Below are positions 17,887 to 27,881 of a stretch of DNA of 64,000 nt, piece by piece. Within the stretch, counting starts at the first letter, position 1. Each line of letters begins with the position of its first letter. The notes beneath the pieces were generated by a model. The model was not told the origin of the DNA, made no database searches, and saw only the letters and a list, made by a program, of their open reading frames with translations. Made by a program: the position numbers and the translations under genes. This stretch comes from a virus, in IMG/VR virus record IMGVR_UViG_3300046804_002503, positions 61,678 through 125,677 of that record. The stretch is one strand, 5' to 3'.

Positions 17887-19325
17887 TGGTGACATTTAGC
17901 TTAATAAATAAAAATAAACAAGCTCAAATATCAGCTCCACCAGAAGAGCTTGACGTTGTGAGGGAAAATTTCTCTACAGCCAATCCATCTTATAGAAGAA
18001 ATTCGGGAAGATTTATTCCCGCCAGGCTTTATAGTATTACCCCACAAGGTAAATTTGAAATAGGTCTTCTAAGGGAAATTTTAGAGTTCTTGCAATTGTC
18101 TAATATACCTTTTCAAGTCCCCGAAGACCTGAAGAAAATTTTTAATCCTACTATTTCGTTAAATAAAGATTTTTCTATTTCAAATCTCTCTAAAAATTAT
18201 AGAGATTATCAAGAACAAAGTATTATAGCAGCTATACGTCAGGGAAGGGGAGTTACTATTATTCCCACTGCCGGGGGAAAGACTCTTATTATGGCTGGTG
18301 TTATAAAAACAATTTGTTCTTTGAAGCAAATAACTGGTAAAATTTTAGTATTAGTACCTTCTCTACAGCTTGTTGAACAAACTGCATCTGATTTTGAAGA
18401 ATATGGTCTAAAAAATGTTTCTAAATGGTCTGGTTCCAACGAATTAAATTATGATTCTGATATAATTGTAGCTGGCACACAAATTTTAATGTCAGACAAA
18501 ACTGATCTTTCTATTTTAGCAGACGTAGAATTACTTTTAGTAGATGAAGTACACTCTCTCAAAAGAGGTAATCGTATTAATGAAGTATTAAAACTAGTAC
18601 CTACTATTCATAAATTTGGATTTACAGGCACAATGCCTTCTCAAAAAATAGATCAGTGGAATATTATAGGTAAAATAGGACCCGTAACATACGAACAAAA
18701 AACTCACACCCTCAAAGAACAAAGTTATGTGTCTAAATTTAAAATTATAATTTTAAATGTTATACATAACAATGCTGTAAATTTTGATGTAGATTTTTCT
18801 CAGCCAGCTCTTGCTTATCAGCAGGAATTAGAATTTTTAACAAATAATGCTAGAAGAAATGAAATCATAGTTAATCTAACATTAAAACTAAAAGAAAATT
18901 CTCTAATAATGGTAGACAGAATAGAACATGGTAATTTAATTTACGAACAATTATCTAACTCAGCTAATTTAAAAGACAGACCAGTTTATTTTATTCAAGG
19001 AGCTACAGAGGTTGAAGATAGAGAAAAGATAAGAGCTTTAATGGACGCACGTCGTGATGTAATTGTGGTAGCTATTTCTAAAATTTTTAGTACCGGTATC
19101 AATATACCTAATTTACACAACATTATTTTTGCAACTATAGGTAAAGCTAAAATAAAAATTATGCAATCTATAGGAAGAGCCTTAAGGTTGCATCACACTA
19201 AAACTGAAGCTACTATATTTGATATAGCAGACAATACCAAATACGGATCTAAACATGTTTTAGAACGTAAAAAAATGTACAATTTAGAAAAATATGAATA
19301 CATCGAAAAAGAAATCCACGCGTAA
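17886..19325 (+). CDS. uvsW: SF2 DNA helicase UvsW
   Basis: RDYQ, PTAGGKT, DEVH, GFTGT, FSTGINI, QSIGRALR. Confidence 0.92.
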   Translation: MVTFSLINKNKQAQISAPPEELDVVRENFSTANPSYRRNSGRFIPARLYSITPQGKFEIGLLREILEFLQLSNIPFQVPEDLKKIFNPTISLNKDFSISNLSKNYRDYQEQSIIAAIRQGRGVTIIPTAGGKTLIMAGVIKTICSLKQITGKILVLVPSLQLVEQTASDFEEYGLKNVSKWSGSNELNYDSDIIVAGTQILMSDKTDLSILADVELLLVDEVHSLKRGNRINEVLKLVPTIHKFGFTGTMPSQKIDQWNIIGKIGPVTYEQKTHTLKEQSYVSKFKIIILNVIHNNAVNFDVDFSQPALAYQQELEFLTNNARRNEIIVNLTLKLKENSLIMVDRIEHGNLIYEQLSNSANLKDRPVYFIQGATEVEDREKIRALMDARRDVIVVAISKIFSTGINIPNLHNIIFATIGKAKIKIMQSIGRALRLHHTKTEATIFDIADNTKYGSKHVLERKKMYNLEKYEYIEKEIHA

Positions 19326-20001
19326 CACCACTAATTTTAAATCTCAAGATCCAGAAGATGATTTTGAAGAAATTGAGTTTGAAGAAGAGATAGGTGATTT
19401 AGAGGAATTAGCGGGTGAAGAATTCACTGAAACAGAATTAGAGGAAATGGAAGAGGAATTAGATGATGCAGAAATTTTAGAAGAAACAGAAGAGGGCGAA
19501 GATTATGAAGATGAGGAGTATGAAAATTCTATTAAAAAGAAAAAGAAAATTAAAAATAAAAAGAAGGCTGATAAAGATCGATATTATGTTAATCCCTTAG
19601 AGTTTGATAAAGAAATTGGAGATTATTATGAATCTGGACACATGTCTGACAATCTTGCAACCATGATCAGCAATATAGCCAACAAATTAAGTTATGCTCC
19701 CAATTTTATTAACTATACGTTTAGAGAAGAAATGGTGGGAGATGGAATTATTAGAATGTTTAAAGCTTTAACAACTAAAAAGTATGATCACCAAAAAGGA
19801 GCATCAGCTTCTGCAGGTCCTTTCTCATATTTTACTCGCATTGCTTTTAATGCTTTTCGTAATAGAATTAAAAAAGAAAAACACATGAGAGAAACTCACG
19901 AAAAGTATCAAAATGAACTTATGATGTTTTCAGAAAATTATAACACTATTACCAAAAACAACCAACAGCGCATTTCTGTTAATCCCAATTCTTTTTATTA
20001 A
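19294..20001 (+). CDS. gp55: Late transcription sigma factor (gp55) with long acidic N-terminal extension
   Basis: YYVN..F, IANKLSY.PNFINYTFREEMVGDG, PFSYFTRIAFNAF..RIKKEK. Confidence 0.9.
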   Translation: MNTSKKKSTRNTTNFKSQDPEDDFEEIEFEEEIGDLEELAGEEFTETELEEMEEELDDAEILEETEEGEDYEDEEYENSIKKKKKIKNKKKADKDRYYVNPLEFDKEIGDYYESGHMSDNLATMISNIANKLSYAPNFINYTFREEMVGDGIIRMFKALTTKKYDHQKGASASAGPFSYFTRIAFNAFRNRIKKEKHMRETHEKYQNELMMFSENYNTITKNNQQRISVNPNSFY

Positions 20002-21068
20002 TGAATAAAATTCAAATTAAAGGTCCTAAAGTAGGTTTATTTTCTGACATTCATATAGGTCTAGGTCAAGACAGCTCTATATGGCACAAAAATATATTAG
20101 AATTTGCAGACTGGGTTGTAGATTTTTATGAAAAAAGAGGTATTTCAGAAATTTTAATACCCGGTGATATATTTCACAATCGTAATGAAATATCAGTTAA
20201 CACTTTAAGTGTAGCTCAAAGTTTTTTTAAAAAATTTGAAGGATTTAAACTTTACATTTCTACTGGTAATCACGATTGTTACTACAAGGACCGCACAGAC
20301 ATAAATTCTATTTCTATGTTGGGTGGTTGGGATAACATAGTATTAGTAGATAAACAGCCTCAAGTCTTTTCTATTTTTAACTCAGATAAGACTTTATCCA
20401 TGATTCCGTGGGGTGTAGATATACCGAACATTCCTCAATCAGACATTTGTGTAGGACATTTTGAAATAACATCTTTTAAAATGAATTCTTTTAAAGTGTG
20501 CGATCATGGTTGGGAATCTACAGACATCTTAAGCAAATCACCTTTCATTATTACCGGACACTTCCACACTCCTTGTCTTAGGAATTATAGTAAAGGAAAA
20601 ATATTATACCTTGGAAGTCCCTATCAACAAAACTTTGGTGATGCAGGTGATACTAGAGGAGTGTATATTTTAAATCTACTAAATGATGAAACAGAATTTA
20701 TAGAAAACAACATTTCTCCTACCCATCAAAAAATACTTTTAAGTTCTTTGTTAAATGGTGAGGTGTCTACAACTACCCTTAAAAGTATTATTCCTAATAA
20801 TATGGTTAGTTTGGTAATCGATTCTAATTTAGAACCGTCTAAATTATCTTTATTATCGGCTAAAATTCAAAAATTGAATCCGAAATTTTTTAGAACAGAC
20901 TATCAAAACACTGATCAAACTTTAAATTTATCTACAAGTGGTACCAGTCAATATGATTCTATAGATATACCTCAAAATATTAATGATTTTGTAGAAGCTT
21001 TGGATATTTTACACAAAAATGAAACGTGCCTTTACTTAAATGAGCTTTATCATAAATTAGCTATATGA
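20001..21068 (+). CDS. gp47: Recombination nuclease gp47 (Mre11/SbcD-like)
   Basis: SDIHIG, GDIFHNR, GNHD, GHFE, GHFH, YLGSPYQ. Confidence 0.92.
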   Translation: MNKIQIKGPKVGLFSDIHIGLGQDSSIWHKNILEFADWVVDFYEKRGISEILIPGDIFHNRNEISVNTLSVAQSFFKKFEGFKLYISTGNHDCYYKDRTDINSISMLGGWDNIVLVDKQPQVFSIFNSDKTLSMIPWGVDIPNIPQSDICVGHFEITSFKMNSFKVCDHGWESTDILSKSPFIITGHFHTPCLRNYSKGKILYLGSPYQQNFGDAGDTRGVYILNLLNDETEFIENNISPTHQKILLSSLLNGEVSTTTLKSIIPNNMVSLVIDSNLEPSKLSLLSAKIQKLNPKFFRTDYQNTDQTLNLSTSGTSQYDSIDIPQNINDFVEALDILHKNETCLYLNELYHKLAI

Positions 21069-21811
21069 GTATCGCAATAGGTATTTTAGATAACCACTCC
21101 CAATTAGATTATGACAATTGTTATAATTCTATACCCGAAGCGTTAAGAGATTCTATTTTCACAGTTTCTAGCACTAACAACAAACTTAAAGGTAAAAATT
21201 TTAAATTTACTCGAGAAACCTCTTATGCTGCAATGAGGAATTATGCTCTATCTCAATTTAGAGCCAACCCCGACCTAAAGTATTATTTTCTTATCAATTC
21301 TAATTTAGCTGTAACAGATGTTAATATTTTTAATCATACTATTAATTTGGCTAGTAATTTTGGAACATGGTTCATGACCGGGCCATGTGGCAATGTTCTA
21401 GAGGTAGAAGATGAAGATCATAAATTAACCCTTCAAGTTTCACCAGAATTGAATACTAATTTTTTGTTTATTCATTTTGGAATTATTAAAAATTGTGGTT
21501 ATTTTAACGAACAGTTTTATGAAACAGACATTTTAGATGTTTTAGATTACATTATACGAATGAGAAACAATGGATTGTATTTGCCTCATTTTTATAATCC
21601 TATAGTTAATTTTGGTTTATATAAATCAGAATCTAAAGTTCAAAAAATACCAGCAAGAAATTTAGAAAAGGGTATATCTTTATCTTTTGGACTATTTCAA
21701 CATTTACACGGATATATTCCTGGACATTCAGATCCTAAACCAGTTAGCAAAGAAGATATGTTTGCAGCTTTAGAAAAATTACAAGAAAAATATGCCAGAC
21801 GCGCGCAATAA
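21065..21811 (+). CDS. Degenerate GT2-like protein
   Basis: N-terminal IAIGI, RNYAL, GYFNE; same layout as the two following GT2 genes but without DxD. Confidence 0.5.
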   Translation: MSIAIGILDNHSQLDYDNCYNSIPEALRDSIFTVSSTNNKLKGKNFKFTRETSYAAMRNYALSQFRANPDLKYYFLINSNLAVTDVNIFNHTINLASNFGTWFMTGPCGNVLEVEDEDHKLTLQVSPELNTNFLFIHFGIIKNCGYFNEQFYETDILDVLDYIIRMRNNGLYLPHFYNPIVNFGLYKSESKVQKIPARNLEKGISLSFGLFQHLHGYIPGHSDPKPVSKEDMFAALEKLQEKYARRAQ

Positions 21812-22589
21812 AATCGGTGTAGGAATTATTACATGTAATAGAGAAGACTTTTTAAAAAAATGTCTAGGTTCTATTCCTGAATATATAGATGAATTAGTCA
21901 TAGTTAATGACGGTAAAGTTTTATCTAAGGAAATAGAAATTCGAGGTTCTTTAATACAAAACCCCACAGGCAAACAAGTAGGAAAATGTAAAAATTTAGC
22001 TATGTCTCATCTCTTAAATAGAGGATGTGATTATATTTTTACATTAGAAGATGATATAATGATTAAAGACCCAGAAACTTTTAATCATTATATAAATGCT
22101 AGTCTAGAAACTGGATTAGAACATTTTAATTTTGGTTTTTCTCAAAAAGAAAATCTTACACCAGATTTAAAACCAGTTTATAGAAAAATAGTCAAATATA
22201 AAAATTGTTCTATTGTATTGACTCCTAATGTTTTAGGGGCTTTAACTTTTTATACCCGTCAAGCATTGCAAACTATTGGATTACATCATTTTAAATTTAA
22301 TAAAGGACACGGTGATCATCCAGAATTAACATACAGGGCTTGGAAACACGGATTTACTACACCTTTTTGGTGGTTTGCAGACATCTACGGCAGCTGGGAC
22401 ATGATAGAAAATCTTTCTAATATGGGATCTGACAGTGTAGTAAGAAACCAAGAAGACATGATGAAAAATTTTTATGAAGCTTGCAACATTTTCAAAGAAC
22501 TTCATGGGGTTCATATGCTAGAGGTACCTCAAGTACCAGAACAAGAAGTAATAACTTTCTTAAAAAATAAAGTTAAAAATGAAAGCTAA
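21792..22589 (+). CDS. GT2 family glycosyltransferase
   Basis: GIITCNR, IVNDG, KN.....L, FTLEDD, H.ELTYR, PFWWFAD. Confidence 0.8.
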   Translation: MPDARNKIGVGIITCNREDFLKKCLGSIPEYIDELVIVNDGKVLSKEIEIRGSLIQNPTGKQVGKCKNLAMSHLLNRGCDYIFTLEDDIMIKDPETFNHYINASLETGLEHFNFGFSQKENLTPDLKPVYRKIVKYKNCSIVLTPNVLGALTFYTRQALQTIGLHHFKFNKGHGDHPELTYRAWKHGFTTPFWWFADIYGSWDMIENLSNMGSDSVVRNQEDMMKNFYEACNIFKELHGVHMLEVPQVPEQEVITFLKNKVKNES

Positions 22590-23361
22590 AATAGGAGTAG
22601 GTTTATTAACCTATAATAGGCCAGATTATTATAAAAGAGTTTTATTTTCTATACCCAAACAGAAAATAGATCATTTGACTGTAGTTAATGATGGTACTTT
22701 TGAATATGCTTCAACAGATGATGCAGAAACTGTAATTTTAACTAAAAAACAAGCCGGAGTTTCTTTTAGTAAAAATCTTATATTAAAAGATCTTTTAAAA
22801 AAAGGTTGTACTCATCTTTTTTTAATTGAAGATGACAACCTTGTTATTCATCCAGATGTATTTGATGTTTATATTAACACTGCAAATTATTACGGCGTAC
22901 ATCATTTGGCTTACGAAAGATTGACTCGTACAGAAAACACCCTCAAAGCTAGTTATAAAGATCCAAATTCTGAATATGGTTTAGATTTTTTTCATAATGC
23001 AGAGGCTGGATTTACATATATTCATGCTGATTTAGTAAACAAATACGGATTGTTTGATGAAAATTATTTTAATGCCTTTGAACATGTAGATTTTACCTAT
23101 AATTTAGTTAAAAATAAAGTAGCACCTCCCTTTTGGTATTTTCCGGATGTGTTAAACAGTAACTACTATGTTTTAGAAATTCCCAACAGCTTAAACAATT
23201 CTTCTATCACCAATAAACCAGGTTACAATGAAAATGTCAAAAATGGAGCTGAATATTTTATAAAAAAGTGGGGCATTTTTACTAATCAAATTCAAGAACC
23301 CTCCATAGAAGATTTAAAAAATTCCTTAAAATATCTTAAATCTACATATCAAATAAAATGA
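22579..23361 (+). CDS. GT2 family glycosyltransferase (paralogue of previous)
   Basis: GLLTYNR, VVNDG, FLIEDD, GLFDE, EHVDFTY, PFWYFPD. Confidence 0.8.
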   Translation: MKAKIGVGLLTYNRPDYYKRVLFSIPKQKIDHLTVVNDGTFEYASTDDAETVILTKKQAGVSFSKNLILKDLLKKGCTHLFLIEDDNLVIHPDVFDVYINTANYYGVHHLAYERLTRTENTLKASYKDPNSEYGLDFFHNAEAGFTYIHADLVNKYGLFDENYFNAFEHVDFTYNLVKNKVAPPFWYFPDVLNSNYYVLEIPNSLNNSSITNKPGYNENVKNGAEYFIKKWGIFTNQIQEPSIEDLKNSLKYLKSTYQIK

Positions 23362-24173
23362 AAAAGATTTTATTAACAACTAATACATTCTCTTCTTATA
23401 AAAGACAAGATTTGTCTATAGAAAAAATGTCTTTATTAAAGAATAAAAACCAAAATGTAGAATGTGCTTTAATACAATACAAAAATGAGAAAGTTCCTTA
23501 CAACAAATTAAAGATTTTAGATGTTCTGGACAGGGGTTCTCATACTACCTTAGGAACTAAAAAGTCCCTCCCTTATATCAAAGATTTATTTGATGCTTCT
23601 GCAGAAGCATCTGAAGAGATTTTTGTTTTTAGTAACAGTGATATTACTCTTTCTCAAAAATTAATAGATTATATTAACAATAATGAAATAGAAGCTTTGG
23701 GAGTATCTCGTATAGATATACTAGAAGTAGATAATTTGTCTCAACCTAGTCAAATTATTCGTATGGAACCAGCCGGATTTGATACTTGGATAGTTAATAA
23801 ATCTTGGTGGTTTAAACATAGACATCTTTTTCCTGACATGTTATTAGGTAGGCCAGAGTTTGATGTAGCTTATACAGCTATTATGGATTTAAATTCCATC
23901 AATGTACACGAAAGTACAGAATATCTTACCTACCACTACATGCACGAAATAGTTTCATTTGAAAGAGATGAATGTTATCATTTTAATGTAGATCAAAAAA
24001 ATAATAAACTTAAACCTCTTTTTGATTGGTGGGGCTATATATGCAATAGTACCTATCTAGATAGATCAGATTTTGGACAATTTTTAAATTTTAAGCCCAA
24101 TGAAAAAGACATTATTAAACATTATGTTGCAGAGGCTAAAAACAATTCTAAATTAAAAGAATTTATTTTGTGA
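23358..24173 (+). CDS. Putative GT-A fold glycosyltransferase
   Basis: LPYIKD, FVFSNSDI, SRID, GFD, LG.P.FD, H..H. Confidence 0.55.
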   Translation: MKKILLTTNTFSSYKRQDLSIEKMSLLKNKNQNVECALIQYKNEKVPYNKLKILDVLDRGSHTTLGTKKSLPYIKDLFDASAEASEEIFVFSNSDITLSQKLIDYINNNEIEALGVSRIDILEVDNLSQPSQIIRMEPAGFDTWIVNKSWWFKHRHLFPDMLLGRPEFDVAYTAIMDLNSINVHESTEYLTYHYMHEIVSFERDECYHFNVDQKNNKLKPLFDWWGYICNSTYLDRSDFGQFLNFKPNEKDIIKHYVAEAKNNSKLKEFIL

Positions 24174-24865
24174 AACCTTCCCTTTGTATAATTTTACCCG
24201 GTAAAATAGGTGATATAGTTATATGTTTACCTATAGCCAAATATTATGCAGATTTGGGTTATGAGGTTATATGGCCAGTCTGGGATTTTTTAATTCAAAA
24301 TTTTACAGATCATATAGACTATGTAAAATTTATACCAGTAAGTTTTAACAAAGGTGTAACAGAAAGCTTAAATCTTGCTAAAGAAAATAATTGGAAAGCT
24401 TTAGATTTATCTTTTACCAATCAAGACTGTTGGCACAATGAAAATACAAAAAAATTTCAGTCTCAATCTAAACCATTTGATGAATTTAGGTATGAATTAG
24501 CTCAAGTAGATTTTTCAGAAAAATGGAAATTAACTTTTAATCGTATTCCAGAAAGAGAACAAAACATTTTAAACTTTTTAAACACAAAAGGCAATTTTTC
24601 TTTAGCTCATTTAGAGGGCTCAGATAGTCGGGCAGATATTTCTTTTAACAATCCTAAGAATTTACCAATATACCACGTTCAACCAATAACTACATCTATT
24701 TTTGATTGGACATTAGCTTTAGAAAAAGCAGATTATCTTATAATGTATGATAGTTGTGTAGCAAATTTAATAGAACAACTTAATTTATCTAATAAAAAAT
24801 TCTTTATCAAAAGATCTCCTCCCAAAGCAACACCCACACTGCGTAACAAATGGACAATACTATAA
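24170..24865 (+). CDS. Putative GT-B (GT9-like) glycosyltransferase
   Basis: PGKIGDIVICLPIA, IFDW..LEKA, DSCVANL. Confidence 0.6.
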   Translation: MKPSLCIILPGKIGDIVICLPIAKYYADLGYEVIWPVWDFLIQNFTDHIDYVKFIPVSFNKGVTESLNLAKENNWKALDLSFTNQDCWHNENTKKFQSQSKPFDEFRYELAQVDFSEKWKLTFNRIPEREQNILNFLNTKGNFSLAHLEGSDSRADISFNNPKNLPIYHVQPITTSIFDWTLALEKADYLIMYDSCVANLIEQLNLSNKKFFIKRSPPKATPTLRNKWTIL

Positions 24866-25641
24866 AAAACATAGCCTTTACAATAGTTTTAAATGGTATG
24901 CCATTTATAAAAAGACAAATGGAAATTATTCCTAAAGTTTTTGATCATTGGTTTATAGTAGAAGGAGTTAGTTTACCAGTTAATTGTACTAGCTGGTGTA
25001 GTTTACCAGATAAAAAATGGTATAATTCAAATTTTTGTAGTACAGATGGTACCTATGAATTTTTAAATTCTATTAACAATCCCAACATTACAATCTTAAG
25101 AAAAAATAATCCTTGGAATGGTAAAATAGAAATGTGTAATGCCTTTATGCCACAGGTATCAAATTCTATTTTAATGGAATTTGATGTTGATGAAATATGG
25201 GATGAAACGGTTCTAAAAGATTTATTATATAATTGTAAATCTAAATTTTATGATTTTGATTCAATGAAATTTAAATGTAATTACTTTGTAGGTGATAATT
25301 TAAAAATAATTACAGAAAATTCTTATGGAGATTATCCGGAAGAATGGGTTCGTTTGTGGACCATATACGAACCGACTCACTTTGTAAGTCATGAACCACC
25401 TAGAATTTTTAAAAAAGAAAATAGAATTGTAGAAAAGAAAACAACATCTAAAAGAGGTTGGATGTTTGATCACTATGCTTACACCACTCCTGAGCAATTA
25501 ATTTTTAAAGAAAATTTTTATAACTATACCAATGCATACAATCAGTGGGTTGATATGCAAAAACAAACTAAATTTCCATGCGAGGTAAATCATTTTTTAA
25601 AGTGGATACCTTCTGGAGTATATGCTGATAAAATATGTTAA
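24850..25641 (+). CDS. GT2-like glycosyltransferase
   Basis: FTIVLNG, VEG, STDGT, GKIEMCN, DVDEIW, HEPP, FDHYAY. Confidence 0.7.
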   Translation: MDNTIKNIAFTIVLNGMPFIKRQMEIIPKVFDHWFIVEGVSLPVNCTSWCSLPDKKWYNSNFCSTDGTYEFLNSINNPNITILRKNNPWNGKIEMCNAFMPQVSNSILMEFDVDEIWDETVLKDLLYNCKSKFYDFDSMKFKCNYFVGDNLKIITENSYGDYPEEWVRLWTIYEPTHFVSHEPPRIFKKENRIVEKKTTSKRGWMFDHYAYTTPEQLIFKENFYNYTNAYNQWVDMQKQTKFPCEVNHFLKWIPSGVYADKIC

Positions 25642-26303
25642 ATTTAAACAATGTCACCATAGTTAGCATTAATGGTAGAGACCCAGAGAATTCTGCAAAG
25701 GCTATAAATTTTAGCTGTAGAGAAATTAATTTTGGAGCAAAGTTACTTATTACCAATAGAAATGTTTCTTTTCCGGGTATAGAAACAAAAATAGTAAATG
25801 GTTTAAATTCTTCTGATAGTTACAGTTATTTTTGTGTAAAGGAATTAACAAATTTTATACAAACTGATTACTGTTTAACAGTTCAGCCAGATGGTTATGT
25901 AGTTAATCCCCTTTCTTGGTCTGATTCTTTTTTAGAATATGATTATATCGGTGCACCGTGGCCAGATTTTTTAACATTAGATATAATAAATAAATGCAAT
26001 TTAGTTCCAGCAACCTCTAATTTAAATATAGTAGGTAATGGTGGATTTTCTTTGAGAAGTAAAAAATTTTTAAAAGAATGTTCTCTTTTAGATTATAATG
26101 ATACTTCTATAGAAGAAGACTGTTTTGTGTCTGTATACAAAAGAAGAGAATTAAAAAATAAAAATTTAAAATATTCACCATTTCAAGTGGGTCAACAATT
26201 TTCAATAGAACATTTAATAAATAGTGATTCTCTTTTTATTAAATCTTTTGGATTTCACGGAAAATTAGACCATTTAAAAAATTATTTAAATTTATTACAA
26301 TGA
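25635..26303 (+). CDS. DUF5672 family (GT-like) protein
   Basis: QPDG, YDYIGAPW, VGNGGFSLRSK, EED, FS.E, FGFH. Confidence 0.8.
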   Translation: MLNLNNVTIVSINGRDPENSAKAINFSCREINFGAKLLITNRNVSFPGIETKIVNGLNSSDSYSYFCVKELTNFIQTDYCLTVQPDGYVVNPLSWSDSFLEYDYIGAPWPDFLTLDIINKCNLVPATSNLNIVGNGGFSLRSKKFLKECSLLDYNDTSIEEDCFVSVYKRRELKNKNLKYSPFQVGQQFSIEHLINSDSLFIKSFGFHGKLDHLKNYLNLLQ

Positions 26304-27130
26304 ATCTTATTTTAGATAAAAGAAAATTAATTCAACAAGAGTCTATCTTAGAATGGCATTATTTTGCTTCTATTTTTAGAGAAATGAGTGATGATTCTTT
26401 TTTTAATGGTATCAATATTTTATTCACTGATAATTTAGAATCTTTACCAGAAAATTTTAATAAAGAAAAATCTATCATTTTTGTTATTTCAGATGAAAGA
26501 TATACACTGCCTCTCTATGCAGATGGTAATGTTTTAATTTTTAAAAACTACGTATTACCAGAGCAAGAAAAATTTAAAGTGTATCCAATACCCATGGGAT
26601 ACAGTTACGGTATAGTGCCTCTGCCTGTTAAAAAAATATCTGAAAGAAAATTTGATATAGGATTTCAGGGTAATTTGCACACATCTAGACCTCACATATT
26701 GAATCATATTATTCAGGAATTAAACAATCGAAACACTGATAGAGCCTATAATGTTTTAATAGCTAATTCTACTAATAGCTTAAAATATTCAGAAAATTTA
26801 AATGACACAAAAATATCTTTAATTTTAGATGGACAAATTACACCTGAGACTTTTAGATTTTTTGAATCAACTTATTTTGGTTGTGTTAACCTAGCAAGTA
26901 AAAACCTACCTAACAATTGGTTATATTCTAACAATGATTATTACAAAGTAGACTGGAATAATCCAAAAGAAATTGTAGATTTAATATCTAATTTATTAAA
27001 TGATTCAGATTTATTATTGCAATCTTCTCTAAATTCTTATAATTCTTGGAAACAAAATTATTCTCCATCTTCTGTAAAAAATTATATTAAAAATTTATAC
27101 CACTATGATATCCACTATTCTACAATATAG
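26300..27130 (+). CDS. Putative GT-B glycosyltransferase (exostosin/GT47-like C-terminus)
   Basis: SDE, P.GY, R.FDI.FQG, Y...L..TKISL..G, ETFRFFES...GC. Confidence 0.6.
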   Translation: MNLILDKRKLIQQESILEWHYFASIFREMSDDSFFNGINILFTDNLESLPENFNKEKSIIFVISDERYTLPLYADGNVLIFKNYVLPEQEKFKVYPIPMGYSYGIVPLPVKKISERKFDIGFQGNLHTSRPHILNHIIQELNNRNTDRAYNVLIANSTNSLKYSENLNDTKISLILDGQITPETFRFFESTYFGCVNLASKNLPNNWLYSNNDYYKVDWNNPKEIVDLISNLLNDSDLLLQSSLNSYNSWKQNYSPSSVKNYIKNLYHYDIHYSTI

Positions 27131-27851
27131 TACTATAGACTTTAGATTTTTAGATGCCAATTTAAAACAATTGTCTAAATTTAGTAATGAAATTATTATA
27201 CCTATTTGTACTCATCTTTTTAATGGTGAAGAAGAAGATTTTAATTTATTGGTAAAAAGTAAAGAAATTATTAAAAAATATCCATTAGCCCGGGTTAAAG
27301 TTTTTGAATGGGAAGGTATTAAAAATAATAAAGGGTATTATCACAATGTCAGCAGAAAATTAGGCACCGACTTATCTCAAAATGAATGGTTATATTTTGT
27401 AGACGGCGATGAAATAACGGATGATAATTTTATCCCGTGGTTTGAAAAAATAAAAAATACAGACTACGGGTTTCAATTGACTTCTTATTGGTATTTTAGA
27501 GAACCTATATACCAAGCAACTAAAACAGAAGCTCAAGGACTTCTTCTTAAGAAAAAATATTGTAATTGGCAGATAAATGTTAGAGAAGAAAGGGACCAAA
27601 TGCATCATTTGCCTAATTTTATCCACGGAGAGAGGCAATTAATTTTTGGTTTAGATGGTAAATCTATGGTACATCACTATTCTTGGGTAAGATCTAAGGA
27701 AGACATGCTTCGTAAAGTTAAAAACTGGGGGCACTGTCATGACCGTGATTGGGTTTCTCAGGTAAATGAAGAGTTTTCTAGACCATTTAATGGTACAGAT
27801 TTTGTACACGGTTACAACTACAACATTGTAGACAATTATTTTAACATTTGA
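27105..27851 (+). CDS. GT2-like glycosyltransferase
   Basis: WLYFVDGDE, YWYFREP, HHYSWVRS...K..WGH. Confidence 0.7.
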   Translation: MISTILQYSTIDFRFLDANLKQLSKFSNEIIIPICTHLFNGEEEDFNLLVKSKEIIKKYPLARVKVFEWEGIKNNKGYYHNVSRKLGTDLSQNEWLYFVDGDEITDDNFIPWFEKIKNTDYGFQLTSYWYFREPIYQATKTEAQGLLLKKKYCNWQINVREERDQMHHLPNFIHGERQLIFGLDGKSMVHHYSWVRSKEDMLRKVKNWGHCHDRDWVSQVNEEFSRPFNGTDFVHGYNYNIVDNYFNI

Positions 27852-27881
27852 TTTTTTAATATAAAATGTTAATCTTATTAA
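27848..27881 (+). promoter_or_regulatory. Sigma70-type promoter, leaderless geometry (gp46)
   Basis: TTGATT-16-TAATCT-6 nt-GTG. Confidence 0.65.
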
